Positions 26,822 to 39,140 are shown, numbered from the whole stretch's first letter. The stretch: DNA of 63,755 bases, filler included, from Phoronis australis (GCA_002633005.1; 7 parts of 7 records of this genome joined end to end with filler, not necessarily neighbours in it); one strand, 5' to 3'. Numbers and translations are program-made. The notes: generated by a model not told the origin, from the sequence alone.

Positions 26822-27363
26822 CTGCTAAGCAGCTTGCTTAGTCTGATTTTTCATCCATCGGCGATCAATCTCAACAACTCAGTGAACTTGAATGAAGAAT
26901 CCAAGAGATGTTTTCATTGACTACTTAGAAGAAACTTTTTCAAGATTAGAATTCAAACCCACTTTCCTTTTGGTGTGAACAGGTGCAGACAACGACAACC
27001 TGCACTTAGCTAGCACTTGTTCTTGAGTGTTGCCACACTCTCACAGGATAAAGGTTGTAAACGTGGAGTAAACTGGTCCCAGTTTTCGCTGAATAACGGC
27101 AATGCCCAAAACTGGTACCCAGTAGCCATTTTACTCCACTTTTATTCAAAGGGTTACTGAAATCATTTGTCATTGCGTACCAGAGAATCAAAACCTACTT
27201 TAATCTAGTTTGGCTACATTTTGTCGCATTTCCTCAGGTAAAAATAGAGCGATTTCAAACAAGGCGGTCTTCCTTTTCCAGAAAATACGTATTTTTATAT
27301 GAGATTTGAATTTGAGTTGTATCAGTGTATAAATCTGCTTAATGTTTGTTAGCTAGTCTAGAA

Positions 27364-27861
27364 CAGGCCTTTATGCAGTGTACGTCCTGGGTGTCCAAAT
27401 GGACGCCCTAGGACTAATATGGACGCTCTGGCAAGGACACCTAATGTATCATTTGGATGCCCACTGTCAATAGGAACCTTTCAAGTTTGGACACACACAC
27501 ACACACTGTAATGATTACTAGGAAGATTCTGATGGCTCAGTGGGCTCTTTTTTCAAAGTAGGAAGAAATATACAATGTCTATACAAAGTATATACAATGT
27601 TGCTACTCTATGCTCACACTTGGTTGATAGCATTGTAAAAGTCTTGGTCTACACCATTTTTTTATTAAAAATGCTCACTACAGAAGGCTGTTTTTGTAAA
27701 CTTAGATGTAAAAGCCTTGGTCTATGCATTTTTTGTAAAAAATCTGTGTGTTTGGGGGGATTGCTGGGGGTGGGGGGTTACGCGTCGGAATTATGGACGC
27801 CCTGGAATATTGGGAACCCCATTTTGGACACCCTATTTTTGAAATCCTGGATAAAGGCCTG
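27364..27861. mobile_element. hAT (Charlie/Buster-type target) MITE in pelle intron 1
   Basis: TIR CAGGCCTTTAT(G/C)CAG; perfect 8-bp TSD GTCTAGAA. Confidence 0.9.
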
Positions 27862-28623
27862 GTCTAGAATGAAACTCTTTAAAAAATAACTCAACATCCC
27901 TCGTGCCATTCAGCAGTTCCAAATTATGATTGCAGATTTGCTCTTTGGGTTGCTATCCTTATTTGTTTGAATTGACAGTAGTTGATTTGTTAAAATGTCA
28001 TTATTCATTATCCTGACAAATGGCAATCAGGTCTTTGGTGGACAGGCATTCAATGTCACCTACAAATTCATGTAATGCTGACGGGGGTTTCAACCTACTG
28101 GTACAGACAGCGTTATACACCTTCTTGCTATCGTACTGTAATTAAGAACAATATCCATTACTGTGCGATAGTGTGATTTTATGACTTACAGAAAAAACAA
28201 GCTTCTTGAAAAACACATGCGTGAAGGTTATCAATCATGTAATGTTCCATACATTTCCCACTGCGAAGAAGATCCAGGGCTGCAAAGTCTGTAGTTGCAA
28301 CTGATGAAGTGGGAAAGTTATAATTGCAGCTGGTGTCAAAAAGCTAAAATAAATTAATGAACTTAAACTAATCCAACAATAGGAGGCACTGACAGTGTAT
28401 TTTGTTCCTCTATTTTTAAATTAATGAACCTCTATGTAGTTAGTGGAGTATCAGTCCACTGAATCTGAGTCGGGATCAAGGGGAAGTCACTTTCGTGCTC
28501 TACTACTCTAGACAGCGCCAAATATGAAATGTCTGGTATTAAAGGCCTATATCCCTGTATGTACCTGAATACCTCTATTGATAAATCATAATTAATAGTT
28601 ATTTTTGTTACTATACTACTCAG

Positions 28624-28809
28624 CGGTGGAGGCAGGTTTTGGAACCCATGAAATACTATCATTTGACAAGGCTTTCCGTAGACCGACTGGCAGCCCATCC
28701 GATGACCTGCTGCATGAGTGGGGGACAAAGAATGCCACCATCAGGCGACTGTTTGAAGCCCTGAGAAACATCAACCACATCCAGGAAATGAAACTGCTAA
28801 AACCAATAG
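28624..28809 (+). CDS. pll: Pelle/IRAK exon 2 (death domain core)
   Basis: cag| phase 1; AVEAGFGTHEILSFDKAFRRPTGSPSDDLLHEWGTKNATIRRLFEALRNINHIQEMKLLKPI; G|GTAAG. Confidence 0.88.
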
Positions 28810-29187
28810 GTAAGGTAGTGGGCACTCCAAGAAATTCTGAAGGCTGATCTACCCTCAGGTAGGCCTGTTCAATCAAGGCTCTACTTTCGGTTGTGGCGAT
28901 GGTAGATATGGTTTCTTTAAACCAGTTTCAGTTAACACTGCTTGAAACAAACCTCTAACGCAGTAATTACTGTACATATGTTTTACCTAATTTTGCTTGG
29001 TATCTCAAAAACAGTGTAAAAACCGCTTGTAAGAGCTTGTTTGGAAAAGATTCGTGGACTTTAAGGACAATAAATGTGCATCTTCTGTAAAAATGCAACT
29101 TTTGATTTAGGTAGCTTCATTAATGTTGCAAAATTGATTTCATCTTGCTCTTTACTTAAACTAGAAAGGATTTCTAGGCTTGAAATG

Positions 29188-29276
29188 AGCTGACTGGTCA
29201 ATATTGCTTCAGGCAAACAAGCTGACTGGTCATTATTTTTTCAGGCAAACAAGCTGACTGGTCATTATTACTTCAA
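29188..29276. repeat. 32-bp tandem repeat, about 2.8 copies
   Basis: agctgactggtca.tatt..ttcaggcaaaca. Confidence 0.85.
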
Positions 29277-29698
29277 GTTTCTTGTCACAGTGGTCAAGTT
29301 TCAGCCAAAAAGGCAGTAGTCCCATTCCTGTGTGAAAGTTGGCAGAAATAATCCCTAGTACTATTTTTCATGCTAGGAATTGTTTGCATTGAGACATGAA
29401 TTTCCCGGGATTCTGAGCTCCATAAAATTTGGTCAACTGTGTTAATACCGAGGAGTAGTTAGTCATGACTCACTTGGTTTCTTGATTCAATTAAAATTCT
29501 GATTCTTATCTCTATCATGAAACCACTGGTGCTGGCGTGCTCATGAAATGTCTTGGTACCTTGCTGAGTTTGAGCACGACGCATTTCTTCTCATTGTTAC
29601 ACTTATGTTATATTGATGGGCGTTGCTGTAGTTGGCGATAGCCTATGATCCAATTAACATTGTGAGATATTATTTCATATTACATTTTCTTTTCTCAG

Positions 29699-29791
29699 TA
29701 CCTTCAGAATATCACCATATGATTCCTGAAGATGATGACATTGACCAAAGTTCACCAAATGCTCCTCACAAATTGAAGAGTTTTGGAGAAG
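29699..29791 (+). CDS. pll: Pelle/IRAK exon 3 (end of death domain, linker); gene truncated by contig end
   Basis: Strong polypyrimidine acceptor; VPSEYHHMIPEDDDIDQSSPNAPHKLKSFGE; G|GTAAG; phases match. Confidence 0.8.
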
Positions 29792-30203
29792 GTAAGGTGG
29801 GACACATCAGTGAGTACACGCCATATCCTCACTGAAAAATTACGAGGCAAAATCTCTTTAATTGCTAATTTCTTTTCTTTAACAAACAAAAGTTACTTTT
29901 ATTACTGTAATAAATACTTGAAAAAAGTGTTGGACCAAATTGGCTAAATTTGCCCCAAAGGATCTTGGCAAATTTCAAAACCTCAGTGTTACTGTAAGTT
30001 TTGCCGGATTTCCGTCATAGATTTTGCTATAATACCAGATTGAAAAAATTGCAGCAAAATATTCTCATTCGTGGCTAATTTCCAAATGATCTGCTGTGTG
30101 GTGTTTTTGCCTAATTATTTTATAGGAACATTGACTTTTTATTTTCTTACACATGGTTAAATCTCACCAATACTCAATGAATATTATGGTTGCCATAATT
30201 ACT

Positions 30204-30491
30204 GTTTTATGTGCCCACTTTTATTAGACCGCATATTGTCTCTATGTCTGGTTGTACGGTTGTCTGAGTGTCTGCCCACTATCTCGAAAACAACTGTTTG
30301 GATTTTGATGAAATTTGACACAAGAGTATATGGCATTACTAGAACAGTTCGTGCCCCAACCCCTGGAGTCAGGGGTGTGGCTTTTTCAGTATTTTTAGAA
30401 AGAGCATTTTCCAAATGGTATCTAGAGAATGGATTGATGGATTTCACTGAGACTTGACACAAATGTATGTGGTATCAATATGTTAGCCTTA
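30204..30491 (+). mobile_element. Helentron-associated (HINE/DINE-like) element 5' part
   Basis: ttttatgtgcccac start, GTCT-like tract, gaaatttgacaca core; same start as 62775 element. Confidence 0.55.
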
Positions 30492-30591
30492 NNNNNNNNN
30501 NNNNNNNNNNNNNNNNNNNNNNNNNNNNNNNNNNNTTAATTAATTAANNNNNNNNNNNNNNNNNNNNNNNNNNNNNNNNNNNNNNNNNNNN
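30492..30591. other. Artificial contig spacer
   Basis: N44-TTAATTAATTAA-N44. Confidence 0.95.
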
Positions 30592-33500
30592 TTGCGGTAA
30601 CGCCATCTTGTGTACAGGAAGGTAGGCAGGCAGAGTTATATCTAAGAAATACGCGGGAAAATCGCGTCATGACATATTGCTCTACGTCATAAACATAAGA
30701 AAAGTTTATTCGATTTCTGTAAGTAAACGGTTCAGGGCGAAAATATGAGTGAAATAGAAGAATTATGAGAAATTCTGAAAGAAAAATTTGATGACATCGC
30801 TTCTCGTATGAGGTAGGTTATAAGAGTAGAATAATCTGATAGTACTTTATTTACACGTAATTTGCTTGCTAAATTATAATATTGATCAGTTTTCACGAAA
30901 AATTTTCCCTTATCTATCTTAAAAATTACTCTTCTTGTTACAAAATAATATGCATGACGCTCATCGTCTTGTTTTCTCCTTCTCTAGTTATTCTTATCCT
31001 CGTTCCCCTCCTCCTCGTTTTCACCAATTACGTAACCATTCCCATCTTCATCGCCACCACCGTCTTTCCTTTTAGCCAACTTCACCAAGTGTATCCTTTT
31101 AGTCTTCTTTTATCAGATTTCACCCGTAACAGTCTATTAACCATCAAAAACCTCTTGATTTTTGATAGGTTTCTGGAGGGACTGAAGGACGCATTACAGA
31201 TAAAAGCACGTGTCGAGAAGCAATATATACGCAGCTGGAACGAGCCGCAGCGAGAATCTTTGGTCTGCAGGACCACGCACCACCAATCGCGAAAGAGGCC
31301 ATAAGTCTCGTGACACACGACATGATATACAGTTCTGTGGCCCATCGGAGGAGCAGCGATAAAACACTGGATTCAGTTCTTTGCAACCTAGACAGGTAAA
31401 GCCGGCCATGAACTGCATGCGCAAGTCAAGTGTCCGTACAAGTCACTCTTAATCGTTCAAAGCGAAATAGTCGTCATAAGTGTTATTCTCCGTAGTTCAT
31501 GTTAAAACACAATCGATTAGGCTGCAGTTGGAGACTGGAAACCCGTCTACATTTTACGCAGACGAAATCGCAGTCAGACCTGAGCCTGAAACCACTACAC
31601 TACTCGAAAAGTTATTTCACAATTTATCAAACCCATCACTTGAAATTTAAATCGTTCAGTTTTCGAAAGTGGTCAAGAATTTTCTAAAATTTAAAATGAA
31701 AACTGGGCTACTTAACCTTACAAAATTGACCACAAAGTTTGCCCTACCATGATAAACCTTTATTTCCATGACTACGAAAATATTTCCATCAACAAGTAAA
31801 ATGCTTTGAAAAAACGGGGTCGCCAGATCTTCCAAATTACGTTGCCTGCTTCATCAAAGTTTTATCGTAATTCCGATTAATTGCAATTGTCATTATGTAT
31901 CGTTATGCACCTGTATTACCTATACAAAAATATGATAAAAATGTAGTTATCTCTCAATTTTCCGTTCTTGAGAAGACCACTAAAATATTTGAGTTTTTGC
32001 CGCGTCTCTTAATGTCTCTCGCAGTAGCTGGACAGCCGATGACAACTGCGAACGATAACTCTTACAGCATTCTTCTAAACCAGCGCTGCGGTCTTCAATG
32101 CAAATTTCCAAAAGAGTCCTCACTTTTCCAGGAAAATTCCCTGGGGGCTGTTTGGACGCAAATCACTTTGTAAATATCAATGTCTCCGAATGGAGGCTTA
32201 TTCAGAAATCTCCTGCTAAGGTTGACGGGTGACTTACAAATGTAAATGGCTACTTACGTTAACGCACGTTCAAGAACTAGACCAAATGATTTGGTAATGG
32301 TGGTACAAGTACATTATTCTATTTTTAGTTTTCTTGAGGGTATCAATCTGAAACGCCTAAAGACTAGGACGAAAAAGTTGGTTAAGAAGAGAAGAAAAGT
32401 TGGAAAACAGACCAAACTTGGGTCAGAGGTAAGCACTGCTGTTAATAGTTCATAAAGTTTCACCAAGTACGTGACATTTGAATTGAATTGTAAATCCATT
32501 GAAAGACTGGTCTACCATTTTCACCCGAAACAAGGCCAAAAAAACATTACAGGGGCACCCTCATGACAAAGTGCAAATACCTTCGTTAACATAAGAAAAC
32601 GTATAAAACTCGGCCTTTTACCTATACCTGATCTATTCTCACTCAAAAAGAGAACCGCACCTTTGACCACAATCCGGCCACCTTTCATGTGAAGCATAAA
32701 AACAAGCCCACTTAAGATCTCATTTAAAGTATGTAAAATTAATGGAACAGATGTCATACCGGGGTAGAGCTCAGTAGGTGTCTCGCGGCTAGAAAAATCA
32801 AGCCAAAATAACGTGTTCTCATTTAAGGTTATCTCGAACCTTGTTTTACAAAAATTGACCATTTTTACAATATTTCCCATATGTCTATCAAAATAACTCA
32901 TCTTCATTCTTGGTGGATTTCGTTGAAACTTTCCAAGCTTGATATTTATTTATCAATTTCAAAAACTACTTTAGGATTTTCGATATAAAGGCCTAATTTT
33001 TGCGTAATGTAACAAAGACGAATACGACTTCTATTTTTTACAAAAATACCTTACGTTTTGCGAGTTGATTTGTCAGAGAAATCAAACAAAACGATTAATC
33101 GAAAATTACTAACAGCGTTTTTAAGGTAACTGGTGAAGTTCTCTTTTAAAAAAGTTTCATTAACATCGACCGAGGGGTTATTTTGCTGTGAATGTATCAT
33201 GCTTCAACATGAATTTTTTTAAAAAGGACAGCAATCCACCTGTGGAAATTACACGACTTTCATAGCCGTGAAAATGGTTCCACAGTTAAAAATACTCGTT
33301 ACGGGCACAGTCTGCTCAGATGCACTTACTTACAAACACGGTTCAACAGCCGTCAAATTCGTTTCTCAATCACTGGACACGGCTTACACCCGGTTCCCAA
33401 AATCACAGTTGTCCAACCATAGACACCGTTCACCTACTATCTCATAGGATCACCTAACACGGGACTGGAGTCAGTGACCTATTTTTTGGCTAAAAACCAG

Positions 33501-35638
33501 TCCGCTACTAATGTCTCACTTTGTTTTACAAACGTCAAGCCAACGCTAAATGCTGAAAGTCGACTCAATGTAATAAAACAAGAATCCGTGGTTGAGAAAC
33601 AAAACTCAAAAATCTACATCTGGGTATTCGTAGTCGAATTTTTGACTTTCGTATTTTGACGAAAATCAAAACTCTCTTCGAGAAACTGGCGTTGGAGTCC
33701 GGGCACGTGCTTGGCGGTCGGGGAATCTTTGTCTGTAACTCGGTGAGTTGAAAGTTTTGGGTAGTATAAGCCGTGAGTCTTTGGAATTCGTATTGCTGTA
33801 TTATAAGACGGCTAGAACGACTTTGTGAGTCGGTGAGCTGGTTGAGCTTGTGAGCTGTGCTTTGAACGTGATGAACTACTTGTACGGTATGTTAATGTGT
33901 GTATCAGATGAGTTGTATCCAGTCTTCAGCACTTCTGTAACTGGTTTCTTGTGTTTTCAAAGGCGAATAACAGAGAAATAAACAACAACGAATTCGGCAA
34001 GGTCTTTACTTTCTTACGTAAACATTCCTCTACATTGTTGACATTCAATAATCGTGACTGCATGGCTAATGTAATAAGTAAACGCATTTGTATTCGTTGT
34101 TACAATGAATACGAGAATGTTTCCCTTTGAAGACAGCTCTTCAAAATTACGTTACCAGCATCCCGTACGTCTGAGAATCACAACTGAATGAAAATCGACT
34201 TCAGACTAAAGCTTCACCTCACTAAATATCTTTTCAATAGGATCTTCGCAACCACTTTGTCAGTATTGAAGGCATCTGTGATGGCTATCAGAAGACGCTC
34301 ATTGAAGCTTTGGACAAAGCGACGAGTGATGCGAAACAGCTGTCCACCCATATGTAAGTTGTACACTGGTTACATTAACTTCCAAGAAAAATATAGTAAC
34401 GATTATTCGGCGAGCTGTCACTGATTACATTCGAAGAAATATTGTCAGCAAATCAGAATATACTCATGCGATAGATGTATTTTTGGCGAAGGATCTATTT
34501 CATTTGTAATGGTCTTTGCGCATGTCAAGAGTCTGCAAGCATATAATTATGTTCTTCACCAGCCAGTATGAAAGAACGGTTGCTGCAGTTGGGGACGAGA
34601 ACTCCACTCCTGCCAGCAATATTAAAGTCTCGCCATGGCATACCAGACTTGCCCGTAATTGCCTACAGTGACACGTCTTCATCTATTGATTTGGTTTAGG
34701 TGGAGAATAAGCAAATCATACAAGAAAACTGGATTTTTACAACAACAAATGCGTAACGATATGAACGACTTTGCGTCGGTATCCATCGACTTCGAAACAG
34801 AACCATTGACGAGAGATGGTGTCCTGCCTGCCAAAGATGTATGCGAATTTGAACTTACAATCGCATGTCACTTTGGAAGAATCTGTAGATGGCATAGTTG
34901 TAGAACAAGAGAGTGGGAAAGACGAGAGTACCTTTGAGGTGTCAAGTGACACTGTTAAAAGTATAAGTGAAGCTTCCATCAATGTCACGGTTGCCGCGGC
35001 CGCCGCTTCCGCCGTCACTGCATCTGGTACAGAATCTCGTGATGATGGGATCGCCGCTGTAGGCATCATCAGTATTGCTAACACTGACAATGATGACGTC
35101 ACATTGAATGACGTAGATTGTACGTATGTGGAGAAAACGGAAAGCCTGAAGAATGAATATGCTATCGATTATTTAACAGTTCAAGGCGATATTACTTCAG
35201 GCAGCAGCATCAAAGGCCAAGTCAAGGATGACAAGGTCGCGAAAAAATCAACATGCGAGTGTGAATACGATGATTTTGATGAATTACCCACAGACGAAGG
35301 AGAAGCAGGAAGTAGATACGAAGAATACTTTGACACCATCTCGGTGATGGGCGGATCAAGTTGTAACTAGGAGACAGCCTCTGGTTTGGAAGAACCCCAG
35401 CCCGATGACCACACACTCTTAGTCATGGAACCGTCTGGAAGTGGCCGTGAGCATTCCTTAACTCGAAACCAGACAACCTCGGTTTCAGGAACGCCAGAAA
35501 ATGAGCTTGCACCATGATAGGCGAACTGATGGTAGAAGATGTCGATTAGAGAACAGACGTTGGACTTCAGAGATTCAAAAACTTGGTTATGAAAGCTTCA
35601 GGTTGGGATGAACCGGAGTCCCATAACCAAAGAGACTN

Positions 35639-36050
35639 TTAAGAACCGATTGCACAAAATAAAAAACGTGTAATAAGCATTACAAAAAGAAGTAGGTTTC
35701 GCACGCAAACGTTGTGGACCATAAACAAGTAGGTCTCTTAGTTTAGTTTTAATAGTGAAGTAGTAGTGGTGTAGTGGTAAACCACGCGCGTCCTATCAGC
35801 CAGGTCGTGAGTTCGAGTCAGTGAAACTCGCAATTTTTCCTGTGTGACACGTTCTCGTGTTTTTTTTTTTGTTTTTTTTTTTCTTGGATAATACATCAGA
35901 AATCAAGGAAAATGCTTGATTTTTAGAGGAAAAAACAGAAAAATTTCCCCCCATTCGGTGCTATGCGCATCTACAATCGTGGTTTGCGCAAATGCTTACA
36001 GCCGGACAAAATGTTGGGCCCCCCCTTGTGATATCCTAGATCCGCCACTG
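35639..36050. mobile_element. Right part of a CAGTGGCGGATCTAG-type hAT-like element
   Basis: Ends cccccttgtgatatcctagatccgccactg; near-identical end at 15196-15226. Confidence 0.65.
35764..35820 (+). other. tRNA-derived Pol III promoter remnant (SINE head-like)
   Basis: A box TGGTGTAGTGG and B box GAGTTCGAGTC at tRNA-like spacing; no complete cloverleaf. Confidence 0.5.
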
Positions 36051-36357
36051 TCCTTAACTCGAAACCAGACAACCTCGGTTTCAGGAACGCCAGAAAATGA
36101 CCTATACGAAGCTTGCACCATGATAGGCGAACTGATGGTAGAAGATGTCGATTAGAGAACAGACGTTGGACTTCAGAGATTCAAAAACTTGGTTATGAAA
36201 GCCTCAGGTTGGGATGAACCGGAGTCCCATAACCAAAGAGACTGTTTGAAAAAGCTAAAGAAAGAGGTACAAAGAGTTTTAACCACGACGTGGACCTGAT
36301 AGTATAATGTTGATAAGTGCACTGTTCGATTTTAAATTTTTCTTGTATGAAATTTAA

Positions 36358-36632
36358 GGTTATGTAGGACATTATAAAAAAGTGGTCGAGATGAAATCTC
36401 AAAAAGCGCTGCAATAGTTTTCTAAAATATCATTTTATTTAATTTTGTGGAACTTTGGAGTTTTTTATCAAAACGATAAAAGTAATCTTTTTGATCGCCC
36501 CTCACGCAAAAGCGAATCAAGAGCACTTCCTTACATCGTTTAGAGAGTAGTTTATAAAGCATTGTATCTGAAAGTTTCATATGAATCCGATAAGTCAATT
36601 TTGAAGATATTCGAACAGGATCCTACATAACC
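36358..36632. mobile_element. Kolobok-type MITE
   Basis: TTAA|GGTTATGTAGGA ... TCCTACATAACC|TTTA. Confidence 0.75.
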
Positions 36633-37314
36633 TTTATTCAACTAAATATTGATTTGTTAATTGAATCGTTTAATTAAATATTAATTTTCAAATTTGAAAA
36701 TGCTTTTCTTTCTGTCTTAGAAGAATTGTTAAACAAGTAACACGCACGCTGGAAGAATTGTGTATGATTTACAAATCATTGAGGACTACAGTGTGCGCAG
36801 TTGAGTCCTGTACGGCGTGTTTGGATTCGCCACTAGCAGTATAGACGTTTTGGTAAACTGAGGTTGAGATATGACGCAAATTGAAAATAATTGACTTTAA
36901 AATGCAAAAACGACTGGAAACAATGGTATCAAGTATAAAGAGCTGCGGAACGTGCTACACGCTTCTCGAGGAACTGTGACCAAAAATAGCTCACCGAGCA
37001 GGCCCAAATTGTCACACCGTAACAAATTGTCGCAACTTCAACTTTTTCGGCATTGTGTCGACTTTGCATGTATTTCATAGTGCAGCACTGTTTTCCATTT
37101 GGAAAAGAGCATCGAGTTAAACTTTCTTTCAATTAGACTTTGTTGTCAGCTCAAAAAGACCAACTACTCAAGGTCATAGTCTCAAAGTAAGTTTTCTAGC
37201 AAAACCGTAGTAAAGCAGAGTCACATTTCACAAACATTTATTTATACAATAACAATTTCCAAAAAAAGCATCCCACATAAAACTTATGACACCTTTGTCA
37301 AGATTTTTCATTAA

Positions 37315-38474
37315 AGAGTTCCACTATGATCCTGTGTCTCAAAAATAATTTTATTAATACATTTTAAGAGATTTAATAGTCTTTAGAATACCTGTTGCTA
37401 AGAAACAAGCCAAAAATTTTTGTTATCGGGGGTTGTATGTAATGGGTGGAAGACCGTCTCCGCCGTTGTTGTTGTACACAAGTGCGATCCTGAGGAGTTG
37501 TGAGGAAGTCCACTGAGAGCCGCCTTTTCAGACATGAAAGGGTGCGTTTGTGAAGGATGTAGTAACAGCAACTTGACTGAGAACGTCTCTGTGTTCAAAT
37601 TTCCTAAACACGTGAAAGTTGCGCAGAAATGGCACCGGTTTGTGCGCCGCACGAGAGTGTGGAATGTTAGTGTAGAACATACGATTCAGTCGTGAACCAC
37701 ACTTTGTTCGGCACATTTCAAGGAATAATGTTTCGACCGAGCACAAAAGCGGTGTTATGAGGACGGAATCGCCGTATTCACAAATTTTATAAATAACGAA
37801 CAAACTGTTTCCCTTTTATGACGAGTGACGCCGGCCCAGATCGAGTGCTATGACACGTAGGCTTATGCATTGTGTTTAGACCGTGCTCATTCCATCACCG
37901 CAATAGTGAATACGAGTGACCCAGGTTTACTGTGGCATTTGTCAATGACTAGTGAGTGTCTATTTTGTAAATATTGACCACCCCTTGGTTTAGTTGGTTG
38001 TGATCAATGATTAGTGGGTGTGTATTTTGTGAATATTGACCACCCCTTGGTTTAGTTGGTTGTGGTTCACATATGTCTGCGGCATTTCTCGTGCAAGTGG
38101 GTCGAGTTTATACGGCCTCAAAGCCGACAAAAGTTCGCTTTGTGGGAAATCGATTTCATTGTCTGATTTCTCCAGTACTTTGAGTGTAATCCCGGTATCC
38201 ACTCTCCTCTCTGTCTGCATAATAGTTGTCTAGCTCTCGCTCAAATTCGTCCTTTTGATCTGCTGTGCTCCGCCATTGGAATTGATTTTCAAGTGAACGT
38301 CTTCCACCCACTACATCATTTAGCGGGAAACTTTAAAATAACATTTTTTTTTCAAAGTTACAAAATTCGTGACTATTTGGCATAAAAGTGCCTATTTAGT
38401 TAAATCTTATGGTATTCATTTCATATTAGCTATCTGAAACCTCAAAAACTAAGAAAATGCATGGCGGAAAGTCT
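37315..38474. mobile_element. Kolobok deletion derivative
   Basis: TTAA|AGAGTTCCACTATG ... CATGGCGGAAAGTCT|TTAG; THAP on +, convergent acidic ORF with LRPYKLDP (PYxFEP-like) motif on -. Confidence 0.65.
37534..37752 (+). pseudogene. THAP domain remnant
   Basis: MKGCVCEGCSNSNLTENVSVFKFPKHVKVAQKWHRFVRRTR...LCSAHFKE*CFD with two stops. Confidence 0.85.
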
Positions 38475-39100
38475 TTAGAATTATAATTACGCTAACATTA
38501 GAATTATACCAATACTTTTCTTAAACAAATCTCTTCCTTCAATCATAGTGTAGTGCTGAGCAGACAAGAACAAAACGATATTCACCTTCGGTACAGGTAT
38601 TTGGACAAAAAGGTACACCCAGAGAGAACAAGCAATAGAGTTATACCTGCCAGTTTCGACAACTTTGCCTTCATTCACATTGAAAAATCGCGTCAAAAAT
38701 TTCACGACTTACTTTTCGAGGCAGTTATAATAGCATTCTAAATGCACAACGTGGAATTATTTTTAACTTCGACGTGCCAACCCCACAGACATGCTGTTAG
38801 AAGACATTGCCAATGTTACGTCACAGGTGACACCATGGTTAACCTATACCTCGTAATAATCATGTTTACATATATATTTGATATAGTTGGGTAGTTGCTC
38901 TTCATTGACACAAATTTGGTTGAAGGCACGACTGTACTTTTTGTTAGACTACGAGCAAGGATATGTTAAGCTGTCTGGCACAAAGTAAAATCGTGCCTTC
39001 AACCACGTTTGATACACAGATATCTTTAATCGCAGACATCCAGTTATAAATCTGCATCTAAAGCCGGAGGATCGCCACACAAATAAAAAAGTTCATGTTC

Positions 39101-39140
39101 AATTCAACGTTTCGTCTTTTCATCAGACATCATCAGGATC
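39101..39140 (-). ncRNA. Minimal hammerhead-ribozyme-like core (Penelope-type), possibly degenerate
   Basis: Minus strand CUGAUGA-U-GUCU-gaugaaa-AGAC-GAAA-CGUU; stem I weak. Confidence 0.4.

Larger units (their letters stand above)
30745..36299 (+). pseudogene. Five-exon gene of unrecognised family, apparently decaying (exons 30745-30812, 31169-31395, 32329-32428, 34241-34353, 34700-about 36299)
   Basis: Canonical AG/GT sites; exons 2-3-4-5 join with consistent phases 2,0,2 and are individually open; helical N-part then long acidic region; in-frame TGA (30766), TAG (35368) and frameshift near 34860. Confidence 0.6.

Noticed and set aside
33680-34042. LTR-like tract ending TTGACA with TATAA and AATAAA
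   Set aside because: No definable 5' TG end, TSD or second copy
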